Shown piece by piece: positions 9,934 through 20,228 of a DNA stretch of 64,000 bases. Position numbers and translations under genes: made by a program. The notes under the pieces were generated by a model. That model did no database searches. It was given only the letters and a program-made list of their open reading frames with translations, and was not told the DNA's origin. Source of the stretch: Bdellovibrionales bacterium (GTDB taxonomy: Bacteria > Bdellovibrionota > Bdellovibrionia > Bdellovibrionales > JAUICD01); contig OZ241865.1 of NCBI GenBank assembly GCA_965203275.1, positions 1,312,001 through 1,376,000 of the forward strand, written 5' to 3'. Position 1 is the first letter of the stretch. Every line of letters begins with the position of its first letter.

Positions 9934-11406
9934 TTATACTTTCACTTCTAAAGACTTTCCTGAAAGGAGTGTGGCAGCATCCACTCCAGAAAGGGCTTGT
10001 GAAACAAACAAAGGGCCTCTTTGGATATGTTGCACAACACCTGCTTGATTGATAAAAGTACCTGATTTTTCTACGAAAGACCTTAAAGGCACTTGCCACT
10101 GAAAGTCTTCAAAAAGATTATTCTTTGTTGGAGCAAACCATGCCACATTTTGAGCTTTTGAGAACAACTTAACTTTGTCTTTTAGATCAGGATAAACGGC
10201 TTGATTTTCTGGTCCTAGAACCACCAAATAATCTAAACCTGCTTTTAATGCATTTTCTAAATCAACCCATTTTGTTTTGATTTTAAAGTTTTTAAGGACT
10301 TCTTGTAGTCCTTGGGTGTTGGGATTTTTATCCCCTCTAATCAAAAGTCCATCAAAGTCATCAAGGGTTTCAGGGTTATTGATCCAATGAAATATTTGAG
10401 TGCTATTAAAGTTTTCTATAAAGGTTTTAACAAAGGCATTATATTCTTCCGTTGTGTACTGCCCTGTTAAAACCAAGGCTATTTTATCAGATTTGAGGGC
10501 TTTGAGTTCCTTACCAATTTCTATGGCAGCTTGACCAGGAGGAAGTGTAGCAAGCTCTTTGTTGGTTTTGTGATAACCTTGTGTGATACGATGTTCAAGG
10601 TTGACAAATTTATACACGTCACGTCCCTCATCACACATCCAATGCCCATTGACTTTTTCATTGTAAAGGGGGGTGACTCGATAAAGGCCATTTTCGTTAA
10701 AGTAAATTTTAATGTTACAACCAGTGGAGCAACCCTGGCAGACTGTATTGAAGTTTTTTAAAAACCAAACTCGTTGTTGAAAGCGAAAATCCTTAGAGGT
10801 CAAAGCTCCTACAGGGCAAATATCCACTACATTTAATGAATATTGGTTATTGAGAGGCTTGTCTTGAAATGTACCAATTTCACTATGGTCTCCTCTGTTG
10901 AAAATACCTAGTTCATGTGTTTGAGAAACTTCATCAGTAAAGCGAACACAACGAGAACATAAAATGCATCTTTCTGTATCTAAGACAACTTGAGGACCTA
11001 GATCAACGACTTTACGTTTTTTGACTTTTCGCTCTGCCATTTGAGAGTCATAATTGCCATGAGCCATAAAGTATTCTTGCAATCCACATTCACCAGCTTG
11101 ATCGCAAATAGGACAATCAAGAGGATGATTGATCAAGTGAAACTCTAAACCCCATTTAACAGCTTCTTTGACTTTTTCAGAATTATTAGAAACCACCATA
11201 CCATCTTGTACAGGGATATTGCAGGCAATTTCTAATTTAGGACGGCCTTCAATCTCCACAAGGCACATACGGCACACACCAGCGACACTAAGGCCCGGAT
11301 GCCAACAGTAGTGGGCTATGTCGGTGGACGTCTGCATAAAGGCTTCAATGAGTTTGGAACCCTCTTTAAGTTGACATGTTTTACCATTAACTGTCAGCTT
11401 GGGCAT
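9934..11406 (-). CDS. nuoG: NADH-quinone oxidoreductase subunit G-like (short form)
   Basis: HYCWHPGLSVAGVCRMC, NHPLDCPICDQAGEC, RCILCSRCVRF, DICPVGAL. Confidence 0.9.
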   Translation of the reverse strand: MPKLTVNGKTCQLKEGSKLIEAFMQTSTDIAHYCWHPGLSVAGVCRMCLVEIEGRPKLEIACNIPVQDGMVVSNNSEKVKEAVKWGLEFHLINHPLDCPICDQAGECGLQEYFMAHGNYDSQMAERKVKKRKVVDLGPQVVLDTERCILCSRCVRFTDEVSQTHELGIFNRGDHSEIGTFQDKPLNNQYSLNVVDICPVGALTSKDFRFQQRVWFLKNFNTVCQGCSTGCNIKIYFNENGLYRVTPLYNEKVNGHWMCDEGRDVYKFVNLEHRITQGYHKTNKELATLPPGQAAIEIGKELKALKSDKIALVLTGQYTTEEYNAFVKTFIENFNSTQIFHWINNPETLDDFDGLLIRGDKNPNTQGLQEVLKNFKIKTKWVDLENALKAGLDYLVVLGPENQAVYPDLKDKVKLFSKAQNVAWFAPTKNNLFEDFQWQVPLRSFVEKSGTFINQAGVVQHIQRGPLFVSQALSGVDAATLLSGKSLEVKV

Positions 11407-11427
11407 ATTCTATCCTTTTTTTAAAAG

Positions 11428-11958
11428 TCAGGTTTTTATATTTAATGGATCCATACGCTCGCTTAAAAATTCTTTCAAAACAACTTCAAACTTATTTATT
11501 GGTTGCAATTCAGAAATACATTTTGTAAGTTTGAATGAAGCATTTGCTCCTTTTTCCATAGAAACCAATTTTCCAACTTTTTCAGTAGCTATGTCTGCCT
11601 TAGAGTATATATTGAAATAAATATTATTGGGAGCTATTCCAATACAAATCACAGCATCATAACTTCTATGATGTCTAATGTGGTTGAATTGAAATTTGCC
11701 ATGGGTGTCTTCTGTAGCTGTTTTTATTTCAATTCTGCTTTTTGTAATTTCAATATCCCAAGACGTTTGTTGTGTTGGTATATTAAAATTGAGATTTAAG
11801 TTTTCTAAAATCTTACGTACAAATTTTTCTCCAACTGTTCCAACGGCCCTATTATTTATTAACTTAATCTTTCTAAAATGACACTGATCCCATTTCTTCT
11901 GGTTATTTTCTTTGTCTAAAATATGTTGAAGTATTTTGTTATAATTCATTACTATCAC
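11428..11958 (-). CDS. Putative type II restriction endonuclease (PD-(D/E)XK fold)
   Basis: GTVGEKFV...WDIEITKSRIEIKTAT catalytic-like pattern; overlaps the upstream methyltransferase gene. Confidence 0.65.
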   Translation of the reverse strand: MIVMNYNKILQHILDKENNQKKWDQCHFRKIKLINNRAVGTVGEKFVRKILENLNLNFNIPTQQTSWDIEITKSRIEIKTATEDTHGKFQFNHIRHHRSYDAVICIGIAPNNIYFNIYSKADIATEKVGKLVSMEKGANASFKLTKCISELQPINKFEVVLKEFLSERMDPLNIKT

Positions 11959-12892
11959 ACAGCCTTTTTTGTATATGAAATATACTTATATGATGACAAT
12001 TATGAGTTGTTAAATTGCTATATTTTATCCAATTTGTATTTTCAATAATTCTTTTTATTTTTGCCTTATCCCTTTTTATAATAAAACCATAACCGCAAGT
12101 ATATTTGACTTTAGAAAAACAATGCACAATAGAAGGTGGGACATCATAAAATGTTCTTTGTAGAAAAAAATCAGCCTTTTTCATTTTTGTTTGACCACAA
12201 AGTCTTTCTTTTCTGTTATCAACAGTAAATATATCGACAAATGTAGAGAGGTCTTTTAATTTGACCTTTTGGTTTTCTCCTTTTTTCCAAATTTGCCATA
12301 ATGTGTTCATTTTCATCGTCTGTCCTTGAGCATTTGCAAAAGAACCCATGGGTAGTTTTTCAGAATGTATTAATTGCATTTCTTTTATTCTTAACTTAGG
12401 AGAACCTCTGACCTCACTTTGAAAAGACATAGGAAGGATAAACCCAACATAATCTGAGAATATAGCACAATGATTTAAAAACTTTATAGCAAGCCATGCA
12501 CGGTAACCAAACGGTGGATTTCCGATACATATATATTTTTCACCTTGAGGTTGCCATGACAAAAAATCTTGCTTTATAACCCCTTCTGCTTTAGGGTCTA
12601 TGTCTAAGCCTATTCTTTTTTTAGGAAGTATTTTAAAAAAACTTCCGTTTCCTGCACTTGGTTCAATAAATGTGTATTCATCTAATTTTACATTTTTATT
12701 TTTTAAAATTGTAATGAAAGAGGCAAGACAATATCTTGCTATTTTAGGTTTTGTATAAAATTGATCTAAATCAAAATTTTTTAAAGCCCATGTAGGAATG
12801 ATTTTTCTCTTTTTCCAAGAAATTAAAAGATTTCTCTCTTTTAAAGAATGATAATTATTTAAAATATAGGAATCAAATCCATCCATTTTCAA
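11939..12892 (-). CDS. SAM-dependent DNA amino-methyltransferase (m6A/m4C type)
   Basis: DQFYT, motif I IEPSAGNGSF, motif IV IGNPPFG. Confidence 0.85.
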   Translation of the reverse strand: MKMDGFDSYILNNYHSLKERNLLISWKKRKIIPTWALKNFDLDQFYTKPKIARYCLASFITILKNKNVKLDEYTFIEPSAGNGSFFKILPKKRIGLDIDPKAEGVIKQDFLSWQPQGEKYICIGNPPFGYRAWLAIKFLNHCAIFSDYVGFILPMSFQSEVRGSPKLRIKEMQLIHSEKLPMGSFANAQGQTMKMNTLWQIWKKGENQKVKLKDLSTFVDIFTVDNRKERLCGQTKMKKADFFLQRTFYDVPPSIVHCFSKVKYTCGYGFIIKRDKAKIKRIIENTNWIKYSNLTTHNCHHISIFHIQKRLCDSNEL

Positions 12893-12965
12893 AAGGTCTT
12901 CCCCCTAACTCAAATGTCTATCAATCTACATAATTTAAAAACAAATCCAAATATCCTTTTAGGAT

Positions 12966-13385
12966 TTAGTTACTTTTAAAGATATTTAATACTATAGCCC
13001 TACCAAATGTAAGAAGACTTGCAACCATGCTACCTAAAATGGCTATAAATTCATATTCTTTAAAAAAGAACTTCCCATCACCAAGAAAATTCATATATCC
13101 CTGCAAGAAGATACAAACCAAAGCAACAACTATCCATCCAATGCTTACGTAATAAAACAAATCTGCATATTTTTTATTATAATTTCTACTAGATTCTGAT
13201 GTTTTGATCTGTTCTTCTATTGTTTTTAGTTTAAGCTCATCGAGCTTTCTTTTCATTTCAAAGGAATGCCCCCTATATTTATTGATTTGAGTTTGTGTTT
13301 TTATTGCTTCTAAGGATTCTTCTTTCTCTTCTTGAGACATCCTATCGAGAATGGTTTTATCTATGTTTGACATTGAATCTCTCAT
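12966..13385 (-). CDS. Two-TM membrane protein; putative toxin partner of the Panacea antitoxin
   Basis: Charged N-terminal helix, two C-terminal hydrophobic helices; ATGA overlap with the upstream DUF4065 gene. Confidence 0.6.
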   Translation of the reverse strand: MRDSMSNIDKTILDRMSQEEKEESLEAIKTQTQINKYRGHSFEMKRKLDELKLKTIEEQIKTSESSRNYNKKYADLFYYVSIGWIVVALVCIFLQGYMNFLGDGKFFFKEYEFIAILGSMVASLLTFGRAIVLNIFKSN

Positions 13386-13870
13386 TCAGCTTGTTTTTTG
13401 AATTTTAAATAATACGTCTTGATCATTTCATTATCTATTGACATACCTTCAATTTCATTGCTTTTTTCTATTGTTTGAGACCAAGGACTTCCTTCAACAT
13501 GAGTTAAAGCTGATAATTCCCACGCTGCCATATTACCGTATTTGTTTAAAATAAAGTCCATGATAGCCATTTCATTTTCTGTAAAATCAGATTGACACTC
13601 TCTTAAATTTTCACCCATATCATCAAATTCTCTCGCTTTTTGGCTTTTTGTAATCTGACTTAATTTTTTAAACTCGTGGTATATGGAAGGGAAAACAGGA
13701 CCATATTTCCAAGCCAAGGCATATTCATTAACTAAAGGTTGATTTGTAATGGCTAAAGTGTACCCATGAGCTATATACACAAGCTTAATTAGCTTTGTAC
13801 AAGTCAATCTATCATCACTTTGTTCAATAAAATAATTTGCCACAGCTAAGGGATTATGTCCTTTGTCCAT
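13382..13870 (-). CDS. Panacea (DUF4065/SocA/GepA-like) antitoxin domain protein
   Basis: AVANYFI, KLIKLVYIAHG, AWKYGPV..IY, LSALTH..GSPW; likely start ATG 13870 after GAGGAG. Confidence 0.9.
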   Translation of the reverse strand: MDKGHNPLAVANYFIEQSDDRLTCTKLIKLVYIAHGYTLAITNQPLVNEYALAWKYGPVFPSIYHEFKKLSQITKSQKAREFDDMGENLRECQSDFTENEMAIMDFILNKYGNMAAWELSALTHVEGSPWSQTIEKSNEIEGMSIDNEMIKTYYLKFKKQAE

Positions 13871-14027
13871 CTTTTCTCCTCTCATATAAATATATCATTT
13901 AAGTCTATAAATTTGAAGTTTATTGTTCGGATAAGGTTCAACAAATATTACTTTTTTATACCTGTGTCAATAATATACCTTGTGCAGTTATGGCATGGTA
14001 GAGTGTAGTGCAGTAAATAGTCCTCTA

Positions 14028-15293
14028 TTATTTGATCACTTTTGATCGGCCTTCCTTAATAAAGAATTCAAATTCATCTCTAAATTTTGTAATAAAACCA
14101 ATGGTGGGCATAGCAGCAGCATCAGACAAGGCACATATAGTCCGTCCTTGCATATTATTAGAAATCCTCTCTAATAAATCAATATCTTGTAATCGACCTC
14201 TGCCTTCCATAATCCCTTGAACAATTTTTTCTGTCCATCCTGTGCCTTCCCTACAAGGCGTACATTGGCCACAAGATTCATGGTGATAAAAATGCAATGT
14301 GATCTTAAGCATATCCACCATACATCGCGTTTCATCTAAAATGATCACAGCCCCAGAACCTAACATCGACCCCATCTCTGCTAAACACTCATAATCCATT
14401 GTAGCTTTTTGGCATTCAGCATAAGTCAGAATAGGAGCAGAACTTCCTCCCGGAATACAACCTTTAAGTTTATGACCATCTCTCATCCCTTGGCATTCCT
14501 TCTCGATCAAATCCATTAAAGGATAACCTAATGGCACTTCATAGTTACCAGGCCTGACCACATCACCACTGACAGAAAATAACTTAGTACCAGATGACTT
14601 TTCTGTTCCATACTTACGGTAACCCTTAGCCCCTATCTTTAAAATATACACCACAGTAGCTAGAGTCTCTACATTATTGACAATAGTGGGCTTACCTAAA
14701 TACCCTTCTACAGCAGGAAAGGGAGGTTTTAACTTTGGTTGGCCTTTTTTGCCTTCAAGAGAAGAAATCATCCCTGTCTCTTCCCCACAAATATATGCAC
14801 CTGCTCCTCGATACACATCTAAATCAAAATGAAATTTACTGCCTAAAATATTACGACCCAACAAATTAGCTTTGTAAGCTTCAGAAATAGCCTTCATCAA
14901 AATATTGTAGGCGTCTGAATATTCCCCCCGAATATAAATATATCCTTTATGAGAAGATATGGCATAAGCAGAAATAAGCATCCCTTCTATCAATTGATGA
15001 GGAGCCTTTTCCATCATTAAGCGATCTTTAAAAGTCCCCGGCTCCCCTTCATCTGCATTGCACAGTAAATAACGAGGTTCAGAGTTTTTAGGTAAGAAAC
15101 TCCACTTTAACCCCGTAGGAAAACCAGCTCCACCTCTTCCTCGGAGGCCTGATTGCTTGACCTCCTCTATAATAGATTGAGGTTTCATTGTAAAGGCTTT
15201 GTTCAACATCTCATAACCACCATGTTTTTGATAGCCTTTGAGTGTTTGAAATTCCTTTTTATCGTAATGTTCTGTCAACAGTGGCTTTTTCAT
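14028..15293 (-). CDS. nuoF: NADH-quinone oxidoreductase subunit F
   Basis: [52 protein letters not shown]. Confidence 0.97.
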   Translation of the reverse strand: MKKPLLTEHYDKKEFQTLKGYQKHGGYEMLNKAFTMKPQSIIEEVKQSGLRGRGGAGFPTGLKWSFLPKNSEPRYLLCNADEGEPGTFKDRLMMEKAPHQLIEGMLISAYAISSHKGYIYIRGEYSDAYNILMKAISEAYKANLLGRNILGSKFHFDLDVYRGAGAYICGEETGMISSLEGKKGQPKLKPPFPAVEGYLGKPTIVNNVETLATVVYILKIGAKGYRKYGTEKSSGTKLFSVSGDVVRPGNYEVPLGYPLMDLIEKECQGMRDGHKLKGCIPGGSSAPILTYAECQKATMDYECLAEMGSMLGSGAVIILDETRCMVDMLKITLHFYHHESCGQCTPCREGTGWTEKIVQGIMEGRGRLQDIDLLERISNNMQGRTICALSDAAAMPTIGFITKFRDEFEFFIKEGRSKVIK

Positions 15294-15295
15294 TT

Positions 15296-15793
15296 TTATT
15301 TCAGTGATTTTAAAAGTTTATTCATTTTGTCTTTATTTATTCTATCGTAGTATTTATCATTGATTTGCACAGCAGGAGCTTGATCACAAGAGCCTAAACA
15401 TTCAACCCTCGTAATTGTAAAACGTCCATCTTTAGCCATTTCACCTTCTTTGACTTTTAACTGTTTGCAAGTGTATTTGAGCAATTCTCTGGCTTGGAAC
15501 ATGCAACAAGTAAGGTTGCAACAAATTTGTATATGGTATTTGCCAACTGGCTTTTTATTAAACATGGTGTAAAAGTGTAGAACCTCATTGATATGAGCTT
15601 CTGGAATCTCCATAAATGCACTCAAGCTACTGACAGTGTCTGGACTAATCCAGCCATCTTCTTTCTGAACTCGGTAGAGAACAGGCAATATAGCAGAACG
15701 TTTATCTTCATACCTTGTCAGTTCCTTTTTGATAAAGGTTTTGGCTTGTGCAGAGAGTTTATAATTTGTTGATTTTTGAGATTGACGTTTCAA
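15296..15793 (-). CDS. nuoE: NADH-quinone oxidoreductase subunit E
   Basis: FYTMF, C.NLTC and ECLGSCDQAP 2Fe-2S ligands. Confidence 0.93.
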   Translation of the reverse strand: MKRQSQKSTNYKLSAQAKTFIKKELTRYEDKRSAILPVLYRVQKEDGWISPDTVSSLSAFMEIPEAHINEVLHFYTMFNKKPVGKYHIQICCNLTCCMFQARELLKYTCKQLKVKEGEMAKDGRFTITRVECLGSCDQAPAVQINDKYYDRINKDKMNKLLKSLK

Positions 15794-16393
15794 AATAAAC
15801 TAAGTCCTCATTTAAAATGCCATTTTGGATTTCTCCCGAAGCTGTAAAAAATAACCTGCCATATTGGCCCTTATCTTTTACTTTAAGCCGGGTACTATTT
15901 CTGTAAAAACATCAGGTGAGTACAAGAAATAATCTCATAATACTTGAAATTAAAAGTGATTAGAGCAACATAACTACCAGTTAAAATCTTACTATTTTGA
16001 ATTTCTTGTTCCCCTTTTTTACTAAATTACTAACACCTGTGTCAAAAAGTTTAAAAGCATCTAATGGCACAGTGTGCTATCATTTAACTTTACTTAGAAC
16101 AAATTCATAAGTCTATATTTGTTTTTCCCGGTACTCTTAAAAAACATTACCGAAAAATAAACCTTTTTAAATGTATAAGGTTTTATCTCAATAGTTTTTG
16201 TCAATTATTGTCAATTATTTAAATACATCTTAAAATTGCAGAACCATTGAAAGACTGTAAGTGCAGAAAAACCATACCTAAGTTCGACAATGAATTTTAT
16301 TTTTAAACAGAGTAACTGATGTCATTTGATAAGGCTTTGATATTCATCAAAATGATGTTATTATAATAATAAACTAACCATAGGACTTGATCT

Positions 16394-17152
16394 ATGAGAC
16401 AGGTACCGCTAAAAACACCAAAAGACACATCTTATTTAAAAGCTTTTTCTTGCTATGGACTTGTGGGTTCAGGCAAACTAGCTAAGCATTTTGCTCATTA
16501 TTTAAAATTACTCAACCTGCCATTTAAAACTTGGTCTCGCCGTAACAAAACCTTTATCAACAAAGCCCTTAAAGATTGTTCTCACGTACTCATTCTGATC
16601 AAAGACTCTGAAATTCACCCCTTCCTTCAAAACCATCAAAGCTTACTCCATAACAAAATATGCTTACATTGTTCAGGTGCTATTTTCACACCTCTTGCCA
16701 TTGGAGTTCATCCTTTAATGACCTTCAGTCAAAAGCTCTATGACTTAAAAGTTTATAAACAAATGCATTTTGTTATGGATCACCCATCCCCGTTTAGAAC
16801 AATCTTACCTGGATTACCTAACTCCCACAGCATTATTGATCCTGCACAAAAGGCTAAATATCATGCTCTCTGTGTGATAGCAGGTCATTTTTCTTCTTTG
16901 CTCTGGCAAATATTTTTCCATCAAATGACAAAACATTTTGGTATTTCTAAATCACAAGCTTTGGTTTATTTCAATCAAGTTTTTGCTAATATTTCTCACT
17001 TAGATCACCACTTTACAGGTCCTTTGCAACGCAAAGACTATCAAACTGTCAAGCTCAACCTGCAAGCATTAAAAAATGAGCCGTTACTTTATGAAACTTA
17101 TCAAACATTTATTAAATTAAACAGCATAGAAAATTTTCAAGGAGGGGTATGA
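16394..17152 (+). CDS. Rossmann-like/DUF2520 protein (PanG-like ketopantoate reductase candidate)
   Basis: GSGKLA, LHCSGA, VHPLMTF, KYHALC, TGPLQRKD; first gene of the panBC operon. Confidence 0.8.
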   Translation: MRQVPLKTPKDTSYLKAFSCYGLVGSGKLAKHFAHYLKLLNLPFKTWSRRNKTFINKALKDCSHVLILIKDSEIHPFLQNHQSLLHNKICLHCSGAIFTPLAIGVHPLMTFSQKLYDLKVYKQMHFVMDHPSPFRTILPGLPNSHSIIDPAQKAKYHALCVIAGHFSSLLWQIFFHQMTKHFGISKSQALVYFNQVFANISHLDHHFTGPLQRKDYQTVKLNLQALKNEPLLYETYQTFIKLNSIENFQGGV

Positions 17153-17937
17153 GTCCGCTCACTTTTAAAGACAAAAAAAACAAAAAACAAAAAATCTCCA
17201 TGATCTCTTGTTATGATACATGGAGTGCAAAAATTCTCTCTAAGACAAACATAGATATTCTGCTTGTGGGGGATAGTTTAGCCATGGTCATTTATGGCCA
17301 TGATTCCACTCTACCTGCGGATGTATCTACAATGGTTTTACATACTCAAGCCGTTAAAAAAGGAGCAAATAAAAAATTTATAATAGCAGATATGCCCTTT
17401 ATGGGTGTGCATAAAGGCTTATATCGATCCATGCAGAATATAGAAAGACTTATAAAAGCAGGGGCTAATGCTGTTAAAATAGAAGGTTGCTTTGGCATTG
17501 AGCTTGTTATTCAAAAAGCTGTGCAAGCTGGTGTACCTGTCATGGGACATCTAGGACTCACTCCGCAGTTTATTAATCAAATAGGTGGCTTTAAAGTTCA
17601 AGGGACAACATTGACTGAAAGAGAAAGCATTATAGAACAAGCCAAACAGCTTGAAAATTTAGGATGCTTTGCTGTGGTGTTAGAATGTGTACCTGCTTCT
17701 TTAGCAAAAACAGTAACTTCTTTATTGAAGATTCCTACTATTGGCATTGGAGCGGGTGGGGATGTCGATGGCCAAGTGCTTGTTCTACATGACCTTTTAG
17801 GAGTAAACAAAGACTTTGTACCCCAATATTTAAGAACTTATATGAAGGGACACGATTTAATCCTTCAAGCTGTTGCTCAATTTGACCAGGATGTTAAAAA
17901 TAAAAAATATCCTGATCATAATGAAAAATACGAATAA
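17149..17937 (+). CDS. panB: 3-methyl-2-oxobutanoate hydroxymethyltransferase
   Basis: LLVGDSLAM, ADMPF, AVKIEG, MGHLGLTPQ, PTIGIGAG. Confidence 0.97.
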   Translation: MSPLTFKDKKNKKQKISMISCYDTWSAKILSKTNIDILLVGDSLAMVIYGHDSTLPADVSTMVLHTQAVKKGANKKFIIADMPFMGVHKGLYRSMQNIERLIKAGANAVKIEGCFGIELVIQKAVQAGVPVMGHLGLTPQFINQIGGFKVQGTTLTERESIIEQAKQLENLGCFAVVLECVPASLAKTVTSLLKIPTIGIGAGGDVDGQVLVLHDLLGVNKDFVPQYLRTYMKGHDLILQAVAQFDQDVKNKKYPDHNEKYE

Positions 17938-17953
17938 AGAGAAATGGTTTGTG

Positions 17954-18712
17954 ATGAAAGTTTTAAAAACACCTCTTGAGGTCACCCATTGGAAAAACTC
18001 ACTTTCTCAATGTCGTTTGGGCTTTGTTCCCACAATGGGAGGGATACATGAGGGTCATCTTTCTCTAGTAAAACAATCATTATCAGAAAATACACATACT
18101 CTTGTGAGCATTTTTCTTAACCCGAAGCAATTTAATAATAAGGTAGACCTTAAAACATATCCTCAAAATATTTCATTAGATATTCAAAAATTAAAAGAGC
18201 TTAACGTGGATGCTGTTTTGACTCCTACTCAAAGAGATATTTACCCTGATCATGACAAATACACTGTGACAGAAGCACCTTTAAGTCAAACACTTTGCGG
18301 ACAATCTAGGAAAGGTCATTTTGATGGTGTACTCACTGTAGTTTTAAAATTATTTCTTATAGTGCAACCTCATCAAGCTTACTTTGGTCAAAAAGACTAC
18401 CAACAATTAGAGTTGGTACAAGGATTGGTCCAGTCGTTTTTTTTAAATATAAAAATTATTGCTTGTCCTACAGTGCGAGAGGCATCAGGACTTGCTTTGA
18501 GTTCCCGCAATGAACTTTTATCTTCAGCAGGTAGACAGCACGCAAGTAAGTTTTTTCAAATTTTAAAATCAGCACCTACAGTGCAGTTAGCTAAAGACCA
18601 GCTTCAAGAACAAAACTTTAAGGTAGATTATGTGGAAGAAAAAGCTGGTCGAAGATATGGTGCTGTGTTTTATGAAAATGTCAGGCTCATTGATAATTGT
18701 TCCATTATTTGA
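17954..18712 (+). CDS. panC: Pantoate--beta-alanine ligase
   Basis: GFVPTMG.IHEGH, FGQKDYQQ, REASGLALSSRN, RLIDN; start moved to ATG 17954. Confidence 0.95.
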   Translation: MKVLKTPLEVTHWKNSLSQCRLGFVPTMGGIHEGHLSLVKQSLSENTHTLVSIFLNPKQFNNKVDLKTYPQNISLDIQKLKELNVDAVLTPTQRDIYPDHDKYTVTEAPLSQTLCGQSRKGHFDGVLTVVLKLFLIVQPHQAYFGQKDYQQLELVQGLVQSFFLNIKIIACPTVREASGLALSSRNELLSSAGRQHASKFFQILKSAPTVQLAKDQLQEQNFKVDYVEEKAGRRYGAVFYENVRLIDNCSII

Positions 18713-18764
18713 TTTTGATCACTATTAGTGTCAATATCTCTCAACGTGCAGTTGAGGTTTTAAG

Positions 18765-19721
18765 ATGCCATCAAATATATTTTTAGAAAGTGGGATTCTT
18801 TTGATCAACAAGCCTGGCGGTATGACAAGCCATGACGTTGTTGAAAAAGTGCGTCAAATATTAGGTACTAAAAAAGTAGGGCATTCAGGGACTTTGGATC
18901 CTTTGGCTTCTGGTCTGATGATTTTGTTAATTAATCAAGGGACTAAGTTGTCTTCTTATTTGCTCAATGCTCATAAAACATATAGGGTTTTTGTTAAGTT
19001 AGGTATACGAACTGATACATGGGATCAGGATGGACGGACCATTACAGAGCAGAAAACAGAGCATTTATCTTGTGAAAAAATCAAACAAGTAATAGAAAAA
19101 CACACAGGGGTATTATCTTTAAGAGTACCTGATTATTCGGCTGTGAAATTTCAAGGGAAAAAACTTTACGAGTATGCTAGACAACATACTCAAAATAAAA
19201 AAATTAAAGTACCAGAAATTTATAGAGATATGTCTTTCGACCAACTAGAAATTATAGAAATTCAACCTTCCTGCTTTAAAGCTTCTGTTAGGGCATCTAA
19301 AGGCTCTTTTATCCGCTCTTGGGCTAGTCACATTGGTGAAGAATTAGGTGTAGGAGCTGTTGTTTCTGCTATTGAAAGAATAACTTCTGAGCCTTACACT
19401 CTAAAACAAGCCATCAGTTTAGATACTTTGAAGGTCTGGCCTATAGAGCAGAGGCCAGGCTTTATTCCTTTAGAAGAAACTTTGCCTAATTGGCCTAGGT
19501 ATGTTGTACGTGGACGATGGGAAAAATATATTCTCAACGGAATATTGCCAGAAGAAATGCAATGGGATATAAAAAATAGACTTTCTCAAATTCAAGAAGA
19601 GCAGGGGATTAAAGTTTACAGTGCAACAAATAAGCATTTACTGGTTCTACTCAAATATAATTCTACAAAAAGTAGGGCAAAAATAGCTTGTGTTTTCAGT
19701 CAAAATGCTTTATCAAAATAA
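18765..19721 (+). CDS. truB: tRNA pseudouridine(55) synthase
   Basis: KPGGMTSHD, VGHSGTLDPLASG, YSAVKFQGKKLYEYAR, SKGSFIRS. Confidence 0.95.
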   Translation: MPSNIFLESGILLINKPGGMTSHDVVEKVRQILGTKKVGHSGTLDPLASGLMILLINQGTKLSSYLLNAHKTYRVFVKLGIRTDTWDQDGRTITEQKTEHLSCEKIKQVIEKHTGVLSLRVPDYSAVKFQGKKLYEYARQHTQNKKIKVPEIYRDMSFDQLEIIEIQPSCFKASVRASKGSFIRSWASHIGEELGVGAVVSAIERITSEPYTLKQAISLDTLKVWPIEQRPGFIPLEETLPNWPRYVVRGRWEKYILNGILPEEMQWDIKNRLSQIQEEQGIKVYSATNKHLLVLLKYNSTKSRAKIACVFSQNALSK

Positions 19722-19776
19722 GGTTGATTAAAATATAGATTGATTTTAAACTTTTATGGTAAGGAGATCATTCATT

Positions 19777-20073
19777 ATGAAATTTCAAAAAGAAGAAAAA
19801 CTTAATATGATTAAAAAGTTTCAAGCAATGGGACATTCATCAAGCAACCCACCTAAAGTCTTAAACACAGGATGTTTAGAGGTTCAAATTGCTTTATGGA
19901 CACATTCCATTGTGCATCTGACCGAACACTTTAAAATTCACAAAAAAGACCACCACGGTCGTAGAGGTCTCATTCGTTTGGTCAATAAACGACGTAACTT
20001 GCTTTCTTATTTAAAAAGAAACAACTTTAAAAGATATAAAGCTTTGATTACTGAACTTAATATTCGCAAATGA
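19777..20073 (+). CDS. rpsO: 30S ribosomal protein S15
   Basis: [32 protein letters not shown] before ATG 19777. Confidence 0.95.
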   Translation: MKFQKEEKLNMIKKFQAMGHSSSNPPKVLNTGCLEVQIALWTHSIVHLTEHFKIHKKDHHGRRGLIRLVNKRRNLLSYLKRNNFKRYKALITELNIRK

Positions 20074-20228
20074 TTATTTCACTCAAAATACATCATTGAT
20101 TGACTCAAGATCAGCATTCATTATATCTACTTGTCTTTCGACCTTAGAATAAAATACTAGTAATTAGAAAATACAGTGTTAGAATAAAAAAGTCTGAGAA
20201 ATATAACAAAGGTTAAAAAGGAGTAAGG

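Noticed and set aside
15794..16393. 600-bp intergenic region as ncRNA or gene
   Set aside because: The minus strand has short stop-interrupted frames that may be a decayed gene, but I could not assign a family or structure.
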